This document shows positions 38,405 to 52,875 of a stretch of DNA of 64,000 nucleotides, in pieces. Every line of letters begins with the position of its first letter. Position 1 is the stretch's first letter. Position numbers and translations under genes: made by a program. The notes below the pieces were generated by a model. That model saw only the letters and a list, made by a program, of their open reading frames with translations. It had not been told where the DNA came from and made no database searches. Source of the DNA: Octopus sinensis (taxonomy: Eukaryota); contig NC_043005.1 of the NCBI RefSeq assembly GCF_006345805.1, positions 61,814,001-61,878,000 of the forward strand, given 5' to 3'.

Positions 38405-38874
38405 TTATTAAGGTGGCAAGCTGGCAGAGTCATTAGCATGCCAGGCAAAATGCTTAGTGACATTTTGCTCGTCCTTATGTTCTGAGTTCAAATTCCACCA
38501 TGGTTTATTTTACCTTTCATCCTTTTGGGGTCAATAAAATAAGTACCAATTGAGTACTGGGGTCAATGTAATTGACTTACCCCTCCCCCAAAATTTCAGG
38601 CCTTGTACCTATAATAGAAAGGATTATTATTATAATCAGCAGTATTATTAAAGTCATAACTAATTATAATTGGTATAATAATCACCATGGTTATTACGGT
38701 TAGCATGATTATAACACTACTATTACCAATAATAATAGTAGCTGTAGTTATAGTAGTATCAGAAGTGGTAGTTATAGTAGAAGACATAGTAGTACTAATA
38801 ATAATATTGTTAGGATTAGAAGTTGTACTGATATTGTTATGATCATTATTATTACTAGAATAATAATTATTATT

Positions 38875-39380
38875 GGACAAGGACAGCTGTGTGCAGAAGT
38901 TCTGATCTCTAATAGTGGAGAGAACCTGTGGAAAAGGTAGACCCCGGAAGACATGGGATGAAGTGGTAAAGCATGATCTTCAAACATTGGGCCTCATGGG
39001 GGCAAGTGACTGGGACCTTTGGTGACATGTTGTGCTTCAGAAGAGGACCCATCAAGCCAAGTGAAATAGCAATCATGGCCGATTTCACTGTCGTGTAAGT
39101 GGCACTCATGCCGGTGGCATGTAAAAAGTACCCTTTGAACATTGGGTGATATGCTGCGCTTGAGAAGACCCATCAAGCTAAGTGAAATTGTAGTCCTGGC
39201 TGATGCTAGTGTCACATAACTAGCACCCATACTGGTTGGTGTTAGGAAGAGCATCCAGCAGTAGAAACCATGCCAAATCAGATTGGAACCTGGTGCAGTT
39301 CCCCAGCTTACCAGTTGTCAGTCTAACCATCCAACCAATGGCAGCATGGAAAACAGACATTAAATGATGATGATGATGAT
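38875..39380 (+). mobile_element. RTE LINE 3' fragment
   Basis: GKGRPRKTWDEVVKHDL relic followed by the same 3' UTR and (GAT)n tail as the 28-kb copy. Confidence 0.75.
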
Positions 39381-39389
39381 GATGATATT

Positions 39390-40400
39390 AAAAGTCTTTT
39401 ATAATTTATGGAAGATATGATATCATCTAAGTTAGGCATTGTGGAATAGGAGAATTTTATTGTGTGTTTGTTGAATATTTTGTGGTATTTATTATTAGGC
39501 AAGAAGTGTTTTTCTAATAGCTGAAAGAATAGAAAAGATATTTTAGTGGATACATGACTACAAAATGGAGCATTATATGACATTCTGTGTTAATGGAATT
39601 AATTTTTATTTTTTAAGTAGTTTATTATTTGTAGTACCTAATTAATAAGGTTCTGTGCAGTTTTTAATATTATGGTCTTTTACTACTATAAGTCCAGTTG
39701 AAGTGATTTTATCTAGAGTCAAACAAGGAGTATTTTTGTAATTCCAACATAGTTCTTTTCTAATAAGTTCATTATATTTTTTAATACTAAGGTTATAAAT
39801 GTTTCCAGTTTTGTCAGAATGTACTAGAATTCCTGAAAAATATTTTAGTTTTTTAAATTAAATAATTTAATTTACACAGATGTTCATTATAACGAAGAGG
39901 GTGGCATTTGAATTTGATGCTTCTAATGATATTCATTAAGTCTTCTTCAAATTCAATTAGATGTTAGTTCTGTGACGAACTTTTACAAGATTCAAAATAA
40001 TGTTTGAAGCAATTAATAGGTTCTATTTTGTCATCCAAGTATGAAGTTTTTTTTTTATCAAAGAAACATGCTTTTCATTGCATATGCATAATAAATGAAC
40101 TTGTTCTGTATGTTAACAATTTCATGCATTCATCTTTAGTTGGAATAGGAATATACTTCAGCAAAATATCATCCAAATATATAATTTTTTCTATTCCAGA
40201 AGTTAACAGTCAGAAATGATTAAGTAAATATAATCAGATACATTATATTGTAGTAGAATATTATGTAGGCAGGTAAGATAAAATCCCAGCTGTTCCCTCT
40301 TGAAACACATCGGCTTATTCCATTATCACTATCCAATATATAGTTGGTATTGTTGCTGTATAGATACAAGTTTAACATGTTAAAGTTGCAAATTCTGGAA
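39390..40400 (-). mobile_element. Penelope-like element, RT relic
   Basis: FEEDLMNIIRSIKFK, DKTGNIYNLSIKKYNELI and YNAPFCSHVSTKI...LLEKHFLPNNKYHKIFNKHTIKFSYSTMPN, typical Penelope RT N- and C-terminal blocks; internally deleted. Confidence 0.8.
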
Positions 40401-41470
40401 ATACCATTTGAAGAATTATTGTAAAACAAAACAGAAAGTTGGAAAATTTATTGGTACTATTTTATCACCATGTGTGTGTGTGTGTGTGTGTGTGTGTATC
40501 TGTGTGTGTGTGTCTGTGTGTGTATGTGGTGGGGTGCACATGCACACACACACACACGCACACATCATCATCTTCATTATCTCTCTGTCTATATATGTAG
40601 CTGTTATCTTGTCTACTGCAAGACACCTCTATCTGCCCCTCTCTCATACTCTAACCTCTTGTTACCTGGTACAAAAGCACACACACCCCCTTAGTACTAT
40701 TTCCACCTCAGCTGAGTGGGTCTTGTCTCGCAAGTTACTTGGTGACCTTACTGGTGTTGAACAACATAAAAAGCACCCAGTACGCTCTGTAAAGTGGTTG
40801 ACATTAGAAATTGCATCCAGCCATAGAACTCAAGCCAAAGCAGACAGTAGAGCCTGGTGCAGTCATCTGACGTGCCAGCCCAAATTGTCCAACCCATGCT
40901 ACCATGGAAAGCAGACTTTAGATGGTAATGATGGTGGTGGTGGTGGTGGTGGTAGCGGTGGTGGTGTGTATTTGTGTGTGTGTGTAATCATCATCCTCAT
41001 TTTAATGTACATTTTTTTATGCTTGCAAGGGGTCAGACAGAATTCAACGAGAGATTTTCTATAGCTAGATGTCAATTGTTCTTGTTGCCAATCCTTGTAT
41101 GTTTCTAAATAAGGTAATATCTCCTCATAGCCAGACATGTTTCCATGAAAAATTGAAATTGGACAACACAGCTTCTATAATGACATTGATCTCTTACAAC
41201 TATCACTTGTTGTCAAGACAAGGACACACACACACACAAACAAATATATGTATAATTTTTTTACTTGCTTCAGTCAATGGAATGTGGCCATGCTGGGGCA
41301 CCACTTTGAAGGGTTTAGTCAAACAAACCAACCCCAGTAATTTCATTTTTTCTTTAAGTCTGGTACTTATTCTATCAGTCACTTTTTGGTGAACCGCACA
41401 CAAGTACAGGCACACAAGTACATCAATACCAGTTGTCAAGTGATGGTGGAGGACAAACACAGGCACAAAG

Positions 41471-41512
<42 letters not shown>

Positions 41513-41676
41513 CAGGTTTCTTTCAGTTTCCGTCTATCAAATCCACTCACAAGACTCGGTTCAGCCTAAGGCTACAGTAGAAGACACCCAAAGTACCACA
41601 CTGTAGGACTGAACCTGAAATTTTATGGCTGGGAAGTAAATTTCTTAACCAAACAGACATGCCTAAAATACACATA

Positions 41677-41713
<37 letters not shown>

Positions 41714-44265
41714 GGTCCCTTGTACATGAATAATGTATAGATGTATATAGGCATGTACTCATTATTTACAAAGCATAAAAAAAAGCCATTCATGCATTTA
41801 AGTTCTTACTGCCTTCTTAATGTACCCAACCACCCATACACAAACATACACAAACTTATAACACAAACACATACAAACCAATATGAAAGATTTTAGTGCA
41901 GTTTTAATGTACAAAACTATATGCATACATACACACAAAAACGTTATATTATATATATGAAAATATAATGTATACAACTAAACATAACTTGAGTCAAAAA
42001 GAAGTATTTATTTCTTGTCGTGTACCAAAATCTGAACCCATAATAAGTGCGATTAAGTATTAAAATTAAATAAGCCTTCCCTTGATTAGAGAAATTTTAA
42101 ATATTGTTCAGAATTATTGCATGTTCAGAGACAGCTGTGATTTTTTAAGCATATAATAATGTGTACTAAATATATACACAACTGCACTTGATTCAAGTTT
42201 CATGAAAAAGAGCCTACCCATTCTCTTGGGGGCTTTATACAATACTGTTCCTTTTGGTTAGATCTCACTACAGTAGAATCAAGATATTTTTTTTCCAGTG
42301 GTGCCTAAGTCTGCCTCCATCTGAGTATGTATGTCTGTTCTTCTTTCTCTCTTTTTTTTTTTTTAGATATGTGTGTATGTGTGCTCTTTTTTTCTTTCTT
42401 TGCTTTTCAACAGGATATAAAATTCAATCCATGTTTTTTAAATGTGAACTTATTCACACATAAATTAGGCTAGATTAAATAGTAATCTGGTTGTCTAAAT
42501 TCATAAGAATTAAAAAGAAAAAAAGAAAGAAAAGAGTACACACCCGAATGAAATGGGAAGTAACTTAACATCCTTGAAACAAATTTCTTTTCAATAAACA
42601 GATGCCACTTTCGAACGAGAAAAAGTTAGATGGAAAATGTAATGAATTAAACAGATCCTCAGTATATTGCAGGTAATTGTTGAGGAACAAAACTAGTAGA
42701 TGCTCTTTTTTTGAGTCAAGTAAGTAGCAATGTACTGTATGTTGTATGCAAAAAAGCCCATAATTAATTGAAATTAATTTTCTACGCTGGGGAAAGAAAG
42801 AAAAACTTAGCGGTAACTGTTAGCAATTCTCAAAAAAAGGGAAGATAATTTCAGTCATGGTGTGGAACAGATGAACTATTTCATTCAACAAAAGACCAAT
42901 GTGACTAAGACATTTATGCTGCATTACTTGATCTGGATATCTGGTATGGAAAAATCACACTGGTTCAAGCAAATCGACCAACTGGATGACAATGATGATG
43001 ATTTATTCAGATATTCCATTATTTCGCTAACCCATCAACAAAAGCAACAAAGAAATTCTTATGGTGAGCAATTACTGTTGCAGCCAGTAATGCAGGATTG
43101 GTGTACAACAGTTGTAAATCACAAATATATAAAAAAAAAAACAATCCTTTAGCAAAGGGCCCCTCTATCTTCTGTAAACTACAACAAAATCATCGGCCCA
43201 TAGCAACCAAGCCACTTTTCACTCCACATGATAGTAGCATTTCATTCATCCTTACATTCTGAGTTCAAATTCTGTCAAGGTCAACTTTACCTTTCATCCT
43301 TTCGGGGTTAATAAAATAAGTACTAGTTAAACACTGGAGTCAATATAATTGACTTACACCCAAAGTTGCTGGCTTTGTACCAAAATTTGAAACCAACATT
43401 TGGTTTGCATGAAAAAAAAAAAATCAAGACTTTTTTTTTTTTAAATAAAAGATAAAATTGGAAGATTCAAGATTTGTACATGATAAATTTTGATAGTGAG
43501 TGAAAAAGAGGTATTACTGAGAAATTATATTACTCTAACAGTATAATAAAACTTTAAGAACAAAGCAAAGCTTTGAACTTAAAACCATACTGATGTAATT
43601 GTTATGCAGATATGCACATGTGTATAAGTATGTAGGTATGAATGAATCCATCCAAAGCATTTCAAATGCTTCTGTTAACAAAAACAACAGCATGTCCAAG
43701 TCCCATATGAGAAAGCAGGATGGAAGATGTGAATGTAAATGTTTTTGATAAAAGCTGATTTACATACTTTAGCAAAATGTTCTTTCTCTTGGCAGTTATT
43801 GCAGATAGCCATTTATACAGTACAATGTTTTCTACTAGCTTGTATCTTCTATTTGATTCAGTCATTAGACCAAGGCCATGCTGGGGCACCGCCTTGAAGA
43901 ATTTTTAGAACATCAGTACTTATTTTCTTTTTTGAACCTGATACCTATTCTATCGGTCTCTTTTGCCAAACTGCTATGTTACAGGACATAAACACCAACA
44001 TTAGTTGTCAAACAATGGTGAGTAACAGACGCACACACACACACACACATTCATACAGCAAATTTGAAGAGAAGGAATTGCTCAGTACCATCAACCCCAG
44101 TACTTGACAATATTATGTATAGCAGTGGTTCCCATCTTTTTTGTTTTTTTCACTACAGACCAGTTTCATGTAAGAGCAGGGGATCACATAAATAACAATA
44201 CACAATAAAAACATAGCTATTACATTATATATTATGCACTTCATTTCTACTACTATAACACTGTA

Positions 44266-44302
<37 letters not shown>

Positions 44303-44309
<7 letters not shown>

Positions 44310-44591
44310 ATCATCAGATGTTGCTACACATCGCTGGTCACAATGCGCTCGCATTGTTTTAGCCTTCGAATGACACCACCCCGCTGGCTAAGCGAGAAGG
44401 CCAACAGAAGAAAGAGTGCGAGAAAGAGTGGTGAATGAGTACAGCAGGGATCACCACCCCCTGTCGGAGCCTCGTGGAGCTTTTAGGTGTTTTCGCTCAA
44501 TAAACACACACAACACCCGGTCTGGGAATCGAAACCGCGATCCTCCGACTGCGAGTCCGCTGCCCTAACCACTGGGCCATTGCGCCTCCAC
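44303..44591 (-). mobile_element. SINE family C (tRNA head GGCGCAATGGCCCAGTGG), inside (TA)n
   Basis: Canonical A box and GGTTTCGATTCCC B box; tail ...GATCACGTGATA(TA)n. A second copy starts near 63750 and runs off the window. Confidence 0.85.
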
Positions 44592-44593
44592 AT

Positions 44594-44728
<135 letters not shown>

Positions 44729-44787
44729 TGTATGTATATATACAGTGGTTGTCTACTACTTATGCAGAGTCTGACTACTTCTTGTAC

Positions 44788-44976
44788 TTACACCTTAAAT
44801 CGATCATGGCGTCTGATGTGGCTTTTTAAACCAGGCAGTGTATTGGAAAGACACCCACATAGATTCTATATCTGATTTGGGCCACCAAGAGTTGCAGTTA
44901 AGTTCTGATCTTTGTGGATCTTAAAATGTCTTTCGAGGCCTCCATTAGATTTGCAGGCCTTCTGGTATACATGGCA
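44788..44976 (-). mobile_element. LINE C-terminal C2H2 zinc-finger relic (RTE-type)
   Basis: CHVYQKACKSNGGLERHFKIH...*NLCGCLSNTLPGLKSHIRRHDRFKV*: two decayed CxxC...GLxxHxxxH fingers with an internal stop. Confidence 0.55.
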
Positions 44977-47355
44977 TTGAAAGATACAGGCAGAGTATTT
45001 GGTGGAGGCTTGTTTTTCATGGTTCTACAAGGACAGATGTAGGAATTAAGTCGATTACATCAACCCCAGTGCATAACTGGTACTTAATTTATCGACCCCG
45101 AAAGGATGAAAGGTAAAGTCGACCTCGGTGGAATTTGAACTCAGAACGTAACGGCAGATGAAATACGGCTACGCATTTCGCCCGGTGTGCTAACGTTTCT
45201 GCCAGCTCACCGTCCATGTCAAATCGACCAACCCATGCCAGCATGGAAAGCGTAAGTTAAATGATGATGACGATGGAAGATATCATTTATCATTTATCTC
45301 TTTCATAACTTTAGTTAATTAATGGATGTCTGTTATGGTGTATCAGACAAATTATTGCTTCCACTCCTTAACAACAATGATTCTGCAAGAAGCACTCCTG
45401 CTGGTAAAGTCATCACGTTTGCCACCAGATTTGCTCTTAATTCCACATTGCACATTCAACAAAACCTAGCCCAACACTCCTTTCTAAATTGCACTTGTCT
45501 CACTAACAACCACCTACACACAAATAAAAATTCAATGATCGTGAGACAACAACAAGAAGTAATAACCTAGCAGCTAAATTTCTCTGCCTCTCTTAACTAA
45601 ATTTTTGCAGTCATGTTCTATGACCACCGTCCTCAATAACACATGAAACTCTGTCACAACAATAAAATAATTTAAGAAATACTTATTATATAGTTGGTAA
45701 CACCTATATCCAGGATATATTGTTACACACTTTTTACAAAGAAAGTTAAGAACACAGTTATTATTAGATAAGGCAGTGAGCTGGCAGAACCATTATCATG
45801 CTGGGCAAAATGCTTAAAGGCATTTCTTCTGACTCTTTATGTTCTGGGTTCAAATTCTGCCAGGATCCACTTTGCCTTTCATCCTTTCAGAGTTGATAAA
45901 ATAAGCACCAATTTACACTAATGTTGATGTAAATGGCTTACAATTGCTGGCCTTGTGGCAAAATATAAAACCATTATTAATACACAGATACAGCAGAGAG
46001 CAGGCAGAATTGTTAGCACACTTGGCAAAATGCTTGGAGGTGTTTCACCTGCCACCACATTCTGAGTTCAAATTCTGCTGAGGTCAACTTTGCTTTTCAT
46101 CTTTTTGGGATCAATAGATTAAGTACCAGTGGAACACTGGGGATTGATGTAATCAACTAGTCCTCTCCCACAAAATTTTAGGCCTTGTCCCCATACTAGA
46201 AAGGATTATTAACATAGGCATGGCTGTGTGGTAAGAAGCTTGCTTCCTAACCACATGGTTCCGGGTTCAGTCCCACTGTGATGCACCTTGGGCAAGTGTC
46301 TACTATAGTCTCAGGTTGATCAAAGCCTTGTAAGTGGATTTGGTAGACAGAAACTGAAAGAAGCCTGTTGTATGTGGGTGTGTGTGGTGTGTGTGTGTGT
46401 GTATTTTTGTGTCTGTGTTTGTCCCCCACTACCATTGCTTGACAACCGATGTTGGTGTGTTTACATCCCTGTAACTTAGCAGTTCGGCAAAATAGACCAA
46501 TACTATAAGATCTAGGCTTACAATGAATAAGTCCTGGGGTCAATTTGTTCAACTAAAAGTAGTGCTCCAGCATGGCCGCAGTCAAATGACTGAAACAAAT
46601 AAAAGAGTAGAAACAGACAGATAGATGTTCAATCTTCACAACAATCACTAGCTCTAAGATGCATATGTTAATCATTCAGATAAAGAGTGAGAGATACAGG
46701 AAGTCAAACAAATGCTACTGGCACGTGTACATATACATATATACACACTCACATGAATGCTAATGGCACATGTACACATACACGTGCCCCAACTCTCTCA
46801 AATGTATATACATCTTATATTGCTAATTATCAACAGCATTTGAATTTCCCACTCTCTGTCTGATTCACTCACACACACACATGCACATACACACACTTTT
46901 ATCATTCCCTTTCTGCAGTGTCACAGGTTCTTTTACACTACAGGGGTCTATCGCAGGCACTTTAATAGATAGATACACTGATATGTGTACAGATGTGTCT
47001 GAAAAATCATTGTTCTATCACACACCCCCAACTTCATCAACATGTCACTACCTGAGATTGAACTATGGACCTTTATTCTATCAGATCTTCACACAGGTTT
47101 TCTCTCTAATACTCTCTCAGGTGAGCTTCTTTTAACTATCTGAAATAACTAATGAGCTATTTCATTTACTTTGATATATCTTTTATCTCTTACTTGTTTC
47201 AGCCAAGTACTTATTTTTCAAAGTATGGTTCTTATTCTATCATTCTCTTTTGTCGAACCGCAAGGTTTTGGGGACATAAACATACCAGCACCAGTTGTCA
47301 AGTGGTGGCGGGGGAACAAACACTGACACAAAGACACACACACACACACACACAC

Positions 47356-47386
<31 letters not shown>

Positions 47387-47483
47387 ACGGGAAGCTTTAT
47401 GAAAATAGACAAAAGACGAAGGCAGGTGGAAACAAACAAACAATTGTATTAGTATGGCATTCAGGAAATATAAATAAAACAAG

Positions 47484-47521
47484 TCTTTAACGTTTCGAGC
47501 CTACGCTCTTCAACAGAAAGA
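47484..47521 (-). ncRNA. Minimal type I hammerhead ribozyme motif (A6U core variant)
   Basis: TCTTT-CTGTTGA-A-GAGC gtag GCTC-GAAA-CG-TT-AAAGA: 5-bp stem I, 4-bp stem II, palindromic AACGTT stem III. Confidence 0.6.
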
Positions 47522-47612
47522 TACACAGAGAGAAAAAAACACAGAAAGAAGGAGAGAGAAAAAAATGCGTGCAGTAACTAACGAATCAACATGGCGATCT
47601 GATTTCGGCCAG

Positions 47613-47643
<31 letters not shown>

Positions 47644-48924
47644 TACGACGGGCTTCTTTCAGTTTCCGTCTACCAAATCTACTCACAAGGCTTTACTAAG
47701 CTTGAGGCTATAGTGGAAGACACTCCCCGAAGGTGCCACATAGTGGGAATGAACCCAGAACCATGTTGTAGGGAAGCAACCTTCTTACCACACAGCCACC
47801 ACCATGTTAAAATAAGAATATTTTGCTAGAACACATTACACAATGAGCAGAGAGGGAAAAAAAACATTTCAAATTCTTAAAAAAATAATCAAAAATATAA
47901 TAGATTTGTTTCGTTTTTTTATACAGATTTATACAATCAGTATACATTTTAGATTTGTCTGAAATCAGTATATTCACATAAATAACAGATGGATGAGGGT
48001 TATGCAAAACATTTTAACATCAATTTTATTATCATATCCGTCAAGGTTTAGTAAACACATAACAATTCAACTGTTGCAGAACATGATGAAAATAGTAGCC
48101 AAAACTCTCACAAGACACACATTTAAGTATAAGTCAAATTGAATAATACACTTCCTGATAGAGAAATGTTGGGGTTGTCATGAATGGAAAACTTTTCGTC
48201 AAAGCTTTTCAACTATGACTGAACAGGGTCTTACATAACAGTACAAAAGTTTGAACTAACAAGGGAAATGGTCAGTGTGGATACATGACCTGCTAGATAT
48301 AGCAACCAAATTTCTCTCAAATCATATCTTAAACTAGAAAAGTTGTTCAACCTTTTGAAGATATTCAAAATATGACCTCCAAGTAAAAATCTAGGCTGTG
48401 GACTCACTTCAATGGAAATGTTGATTAGCTACATGTCTTTGATAGAGACATTAGGACTTAAATTAAAAAGTCATGTTGATATTTCATTACCAACACCAAG
48501 TTTATCCTTTTCAATATTTTGTTAGAACACTGGGTAAAATAATTAGGAGCATTTTCATCTGTCTTTATGTTCTTAGTTCAGATTCCACCGAGGTCAACTT
48601 TGCTTTCATCCTTTCGGGGTCAATAAAATAAGTACCAGTTGAGTACTGGGTCAATGCAATTGACCCACCCACCTCTCCCATAACTGTTGTCCTTGAGCCA
48701 AAATTTTAAACCAACAAGTTACAATACCTTTTTGTTGGTGCAGCTTAGATGGGTTGCCAATGTTCTTGATCCTGTTTTCACTCAGAAAATCATCTGAACC
48801 AACAACACAGAGACAGAACATCACATGAACCAACAAAGGTCATATCACCCGTTAAAAATAGCATCCAACTAAATATCCATCAAATAATACACTATCATAT
48901 TCAGAAAAGAGAATTCACAGTCGC

Positions 48925-49164
48925 TTAACCCTTTAGCATTCGGATTATTCAGTCAAATGTAATGCTTATTTATTCAAATTGTCTTGAATTAATCCTGCAT
49001 TATCTTGCAACTTCAAGATATTTTGATGATGCAATTGTTCATTTTTAGAATAACTTTATGGGGCAAGTGGGAGAGGCAGGATCTAGCTGGTTTGAACATT
49101 AAATAGATAGAATATTTTGGCTGTTTATGGCCAGTTATGGCAGGTTTAAATGCTAAAGGGTTGA
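48925..49164. mobile_element. piggyBac-type MITE
   Basis: TTAA-CCCTTTAGCATT...AATGCTAAAGGG-TTGA; inverted relative to the 25.5-kb copy. Confidence 0.8.
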
Positions 49165-51279
49165 TATAGTGAGAGTGTGTGGCCAACTGATTAGGGTGCT
49201 GCACTCACAATCACAAATTTGTGGTTTCATTCCTGGATGAGGTGGTACATTGTGTTGTTGAGCAAATCACTTTGTTTCACATCGCTCTGCAATTACTTCG
49301 ACATCTGTGTTGCACACCATGCACTTATACAGGCAATTTCGATTAGCTGGAGAATGGAAGCTCATGTACAGCACAAACTTTTGATCACTATAAACAAATC
49401 ATCCAAGCAGGTTGTTCAGCAAGAAATTGCAGAACCATCTTTCTCAAACTCGAGAGATTACCAAGAAGGATGTAGCTACAGATATACTATGTCTGAATAA
49501 AAGACATAGAATGGTTATGCTTGAAATAACCTTTGGTCATATGTAAATCTGTTCAATTAGACCTGATATAGGACTAATAACAACAGCAACAGCAGTGGAG
49601 GTGCAATGGCCCAGTGGTTAGGGCAGCAGACTCGTGGTCGTAAGAACGCAGTTTCAATTCCCAGACTGGACATTGTGAGTGTTTATTGAGCAAAAACACC
49701 TAAGCTCCATGAGGCTCCAGCAGTGGGATGGACCCCGCTGTACTCTTTCACAACTCTTTCTCTCACTCTTTCTTCATACTTCAGCCACAAAGCAGAGGAA
49801 CGATGGTGTAGCCCACTATGGTGTAGCAAACCTTTCAGACCCTAGTCTAGATTGCGAATCTTCTATACCCCAGGATGGTTCAGCTCTCCACCTGTTAAAA
49901 GCCACTGTTTACGGAATAAGGATAACAACATAGCTTTCATGCCCATGCAACCGCCAGTCTATCATTTGTGGTGGGTGGATCTTCAAGCTGCCACATGCAT
50001 TCTTAATAGCTTAGAGTAGGCTCGAATTAGAGATTATTCTTTGTGGCTAATGGCGTGAGTCCTGATTGGAAGTTGAAGACAACAGCCACAACAATATTCC
50101 ACATTAAACCTCATGTCCTCCCAAACTTCTTTTTCTCTCAACCAGTATGCATACCTTCTATATTTGCATATGTATACATACATATACATGTATATGAATG
50201 TAAAAATGTGTAAGTGTGTGTGTGTGTGTATGTGTATGAATGGACAAAGGCATAGTCATATAGTGAAGAAATTTGTTCCTGGGATCTCACAGTTGGTCTC
50301 AGATTTCATCCCACTGCATGGAATTTTGAGCAAGCATTGGGTTATTTTAATACTATAGTCATACATCAGCTCAGAACTTGTTAGCAGAAGTGGACAGATG
50401 GCAACTGACTGTGGAAAATCCATTAGATAAACTGTGCCAGCAATTCAAAGGGATAGTCTCACCATACTCTGTTTTATGCTGATCCAGCTTGAGGATCACA
50501 ATAACAATACAAGTGTCTGTGGAATACTCAACAATTTACACATTTTTTGTGGGGATAACTTACTCTCACCAATCACTAATCTCCAGTTCACTTGTTTGCT
50601 CAACTGAATTATCTGCTCCTGAATTAACATGTAAATAGCTGACCATTCCACAGACATGTATACTCTAAATGTAATTCTCAGGCAGAATCAGTGTGGCACA
50701 GTAAGTCGCAAGGTTGTACCCTTTGAATTCTAGGTTGAATCCACTTGACAGGCTTAAACTTATGACCAAAGACATTCCCCTAGTGACCATCCTGACTACT
50801 TTACCTACAACTACATTATGCAATATATCCTTCCTGTTATTTTTTTGAAGATGGTTGGGCATGAATTGAATGAGATTGATTGCAATTTCTAACAGAGTAA
50901 GTAAACATGTAGAAGGTATTAACTTTCTACATGTCCTGATGGTGAAAGCACCATGAGACACAGTTTTGGCATTTCAGTTCACCTAGGAGTTCGAACTGAC
51001 AAAAGAACCTCTACTTGTTCAATCAATCTAATAAAAGCAACGGTCAAATCTATTTCAAATTTCAAAACTATTGCCTGAAAAAAATGATGAAGAACACATT
51101 TTATAATGTTGACTTAAACACTTCTAAAGTGACGGGAATACCTTTGAACATATCTTTGGTCAATAAGTTTGACCTGACATAAAATAGCAACACAACATAA
51201 CTGTGTGGGTTGGATTGGTTTGGATTGGATTGCATTGGTACAAATTATCAATACAAGAAATGAGATCATAACAAAGATT

Positions 51280-51515
51280 GTTTTAGTTGCACACTAATTA
51301 CATAACTTACAAAGATTTGGTTAGTTTGCAGTCTAATTATAATAATTAACAAAGGTTTTGTTTACAGTCTAATTATATGATTAAGAAAGATTCTGTTAGC
51401 TTGCTCACTGATTGCAATAATTAACAAAAATATTGGTTGGTATGCTGTCGGAATATAATAATTAACAAAGCTTTGTTAGTTTACTGTCTGATTATAATAA
51501 TTAACAAACATGTGT
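51280..51515. repeat. Degenerate ~41-bp minisatellite
   Basis: About six units of TTAGTTTGCAGTCTAATTATAATAATTAACAAAG. Confidence 0.7.
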
Positions 51516-51519
51516 TAGA

Positions 51520-51960
51520 ATACAAACTGGCTGTGGAAAGTTTAGAGAATTTTTATCTTTGTTGGTAGCAAAAAGCCTCTCTCAAAATGAAAGACAGGTT
51601 GTACGATGCATATGTATGAACAGCAATGCTACATGGTTGTGAAACTTGGGCTGTGAATGCAGAGGACATTCAAAGACAAGAAAGGAATGAAATTAGTAAG
51701 CTTGATGGATGTAAATTATCAACATACATATATGACAAAGTACAAACATGCTGGGAGAAAAATTGGACATAAGAAGCATCAGATGTGGTGTGCAGTAGAA
51801 AAGACTGTGCTGGTGTGGTCATTTAATGTAGATAGATAAGGATAGCTATATAAAGAAGTACCAATCGCTAAACCTGGAAGGAACCTGTGAGAAAGGAAAA
51901 TTTAGGAAGACATGGGGTGAAGAAGTGGTGAAGATTGACCTCAAAATGTTCAGTATCTCA
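51520..51960 (+). mobile_element. Old RTE LINE 3' fragment
   Basis: MLHGCETWAV, IRCGVQ..RL.WCGH and GKFRKTWGEEVV relics, heavily decayed. Confidence 0.7.
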
Positions 51961-52383
51961 GACAGGGGACCAAAATAAATGTCTTCTCAAGTACAGAAAT
52001 ATGCTGTATTTGAGAAGATCCCTTCAACTCAGTAGAACTGAGGTTTTATCAAGCTGTCCCTAACAACTCATCTTCTAACACCCACCCTTCTATCAATTTA
52101 TCCTATTTCCTTCACTTCCCTCCTACATCATCATCATCATCCTTTAATGTCTGTTGTCCATGCTGGCATGGGTTGGACCGTTTAACCAGAGCTGACAAGC
52201 TGGAGAACTACACCAGACTCCAGTCTGATTTGGCATGGTTTAAACAGCTGGATGCCCTTCCTAATGCCAACCACTTTACAGGGCGTGCTAGGTACTTTTA
52301 CTGAATTGGCAGCCCCTATATCCAACTCCCTGCCTTTTCCCCTCTTCTATTCCATCTCATATTCACATTGTACCTGGACCTCA

Positions 52384-52433
<50 letters not shown>

Positions 52434-52839
52434 CTCTCTCTTTCACTTTCCAAGTGAGCAAAAGACACCTGTTCTTCTCCCTCTATCATAGTTTCTTATT
52501 CCTCCAGTTTATACCCTGTTCAGTCATGTCTTGCAAGTTATTTGGTAACATTACCAGTTCTGGTGCCACATAAAAAGCACCCCGTACACTCTTGACAAGT
52601 GGTTGGCATTAGGAAGAGCATCCACATGTTGAAACTACACCAAAGCAGACATAGAACCTGATGGAGCCCTCTGGCTCATCTGTTCTTGTCAAACCATCCA
52701 ACCCTTGCCAGCATGGAAGGTGGAGGTGTTAAATGATGATGTTGATGATGATGATAACCTGGAGAGATGGAAGGCAAAGCTGACCTCAGCAGGATTTAAA
52801 CTTCTGATAATTCTATCAGATAGCCACCCACAAAAATGC

Positions 52840-52870
<31 letters not shown>

Positions 52871-52875
<5 letters not shown>

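Noticed and set aside
40408-41064. 218-aa ORF, among the longest in the track
   Set aside because: Mosaic of (GT)n, (CA)n and RTE 3' UTR.
44500-44591. tRNA-like sequence (also about 49605, 54800, 62870)
   Set aside because: Good A and B boxes but no complete cloverleaf, and each continues into a shared SINE body.
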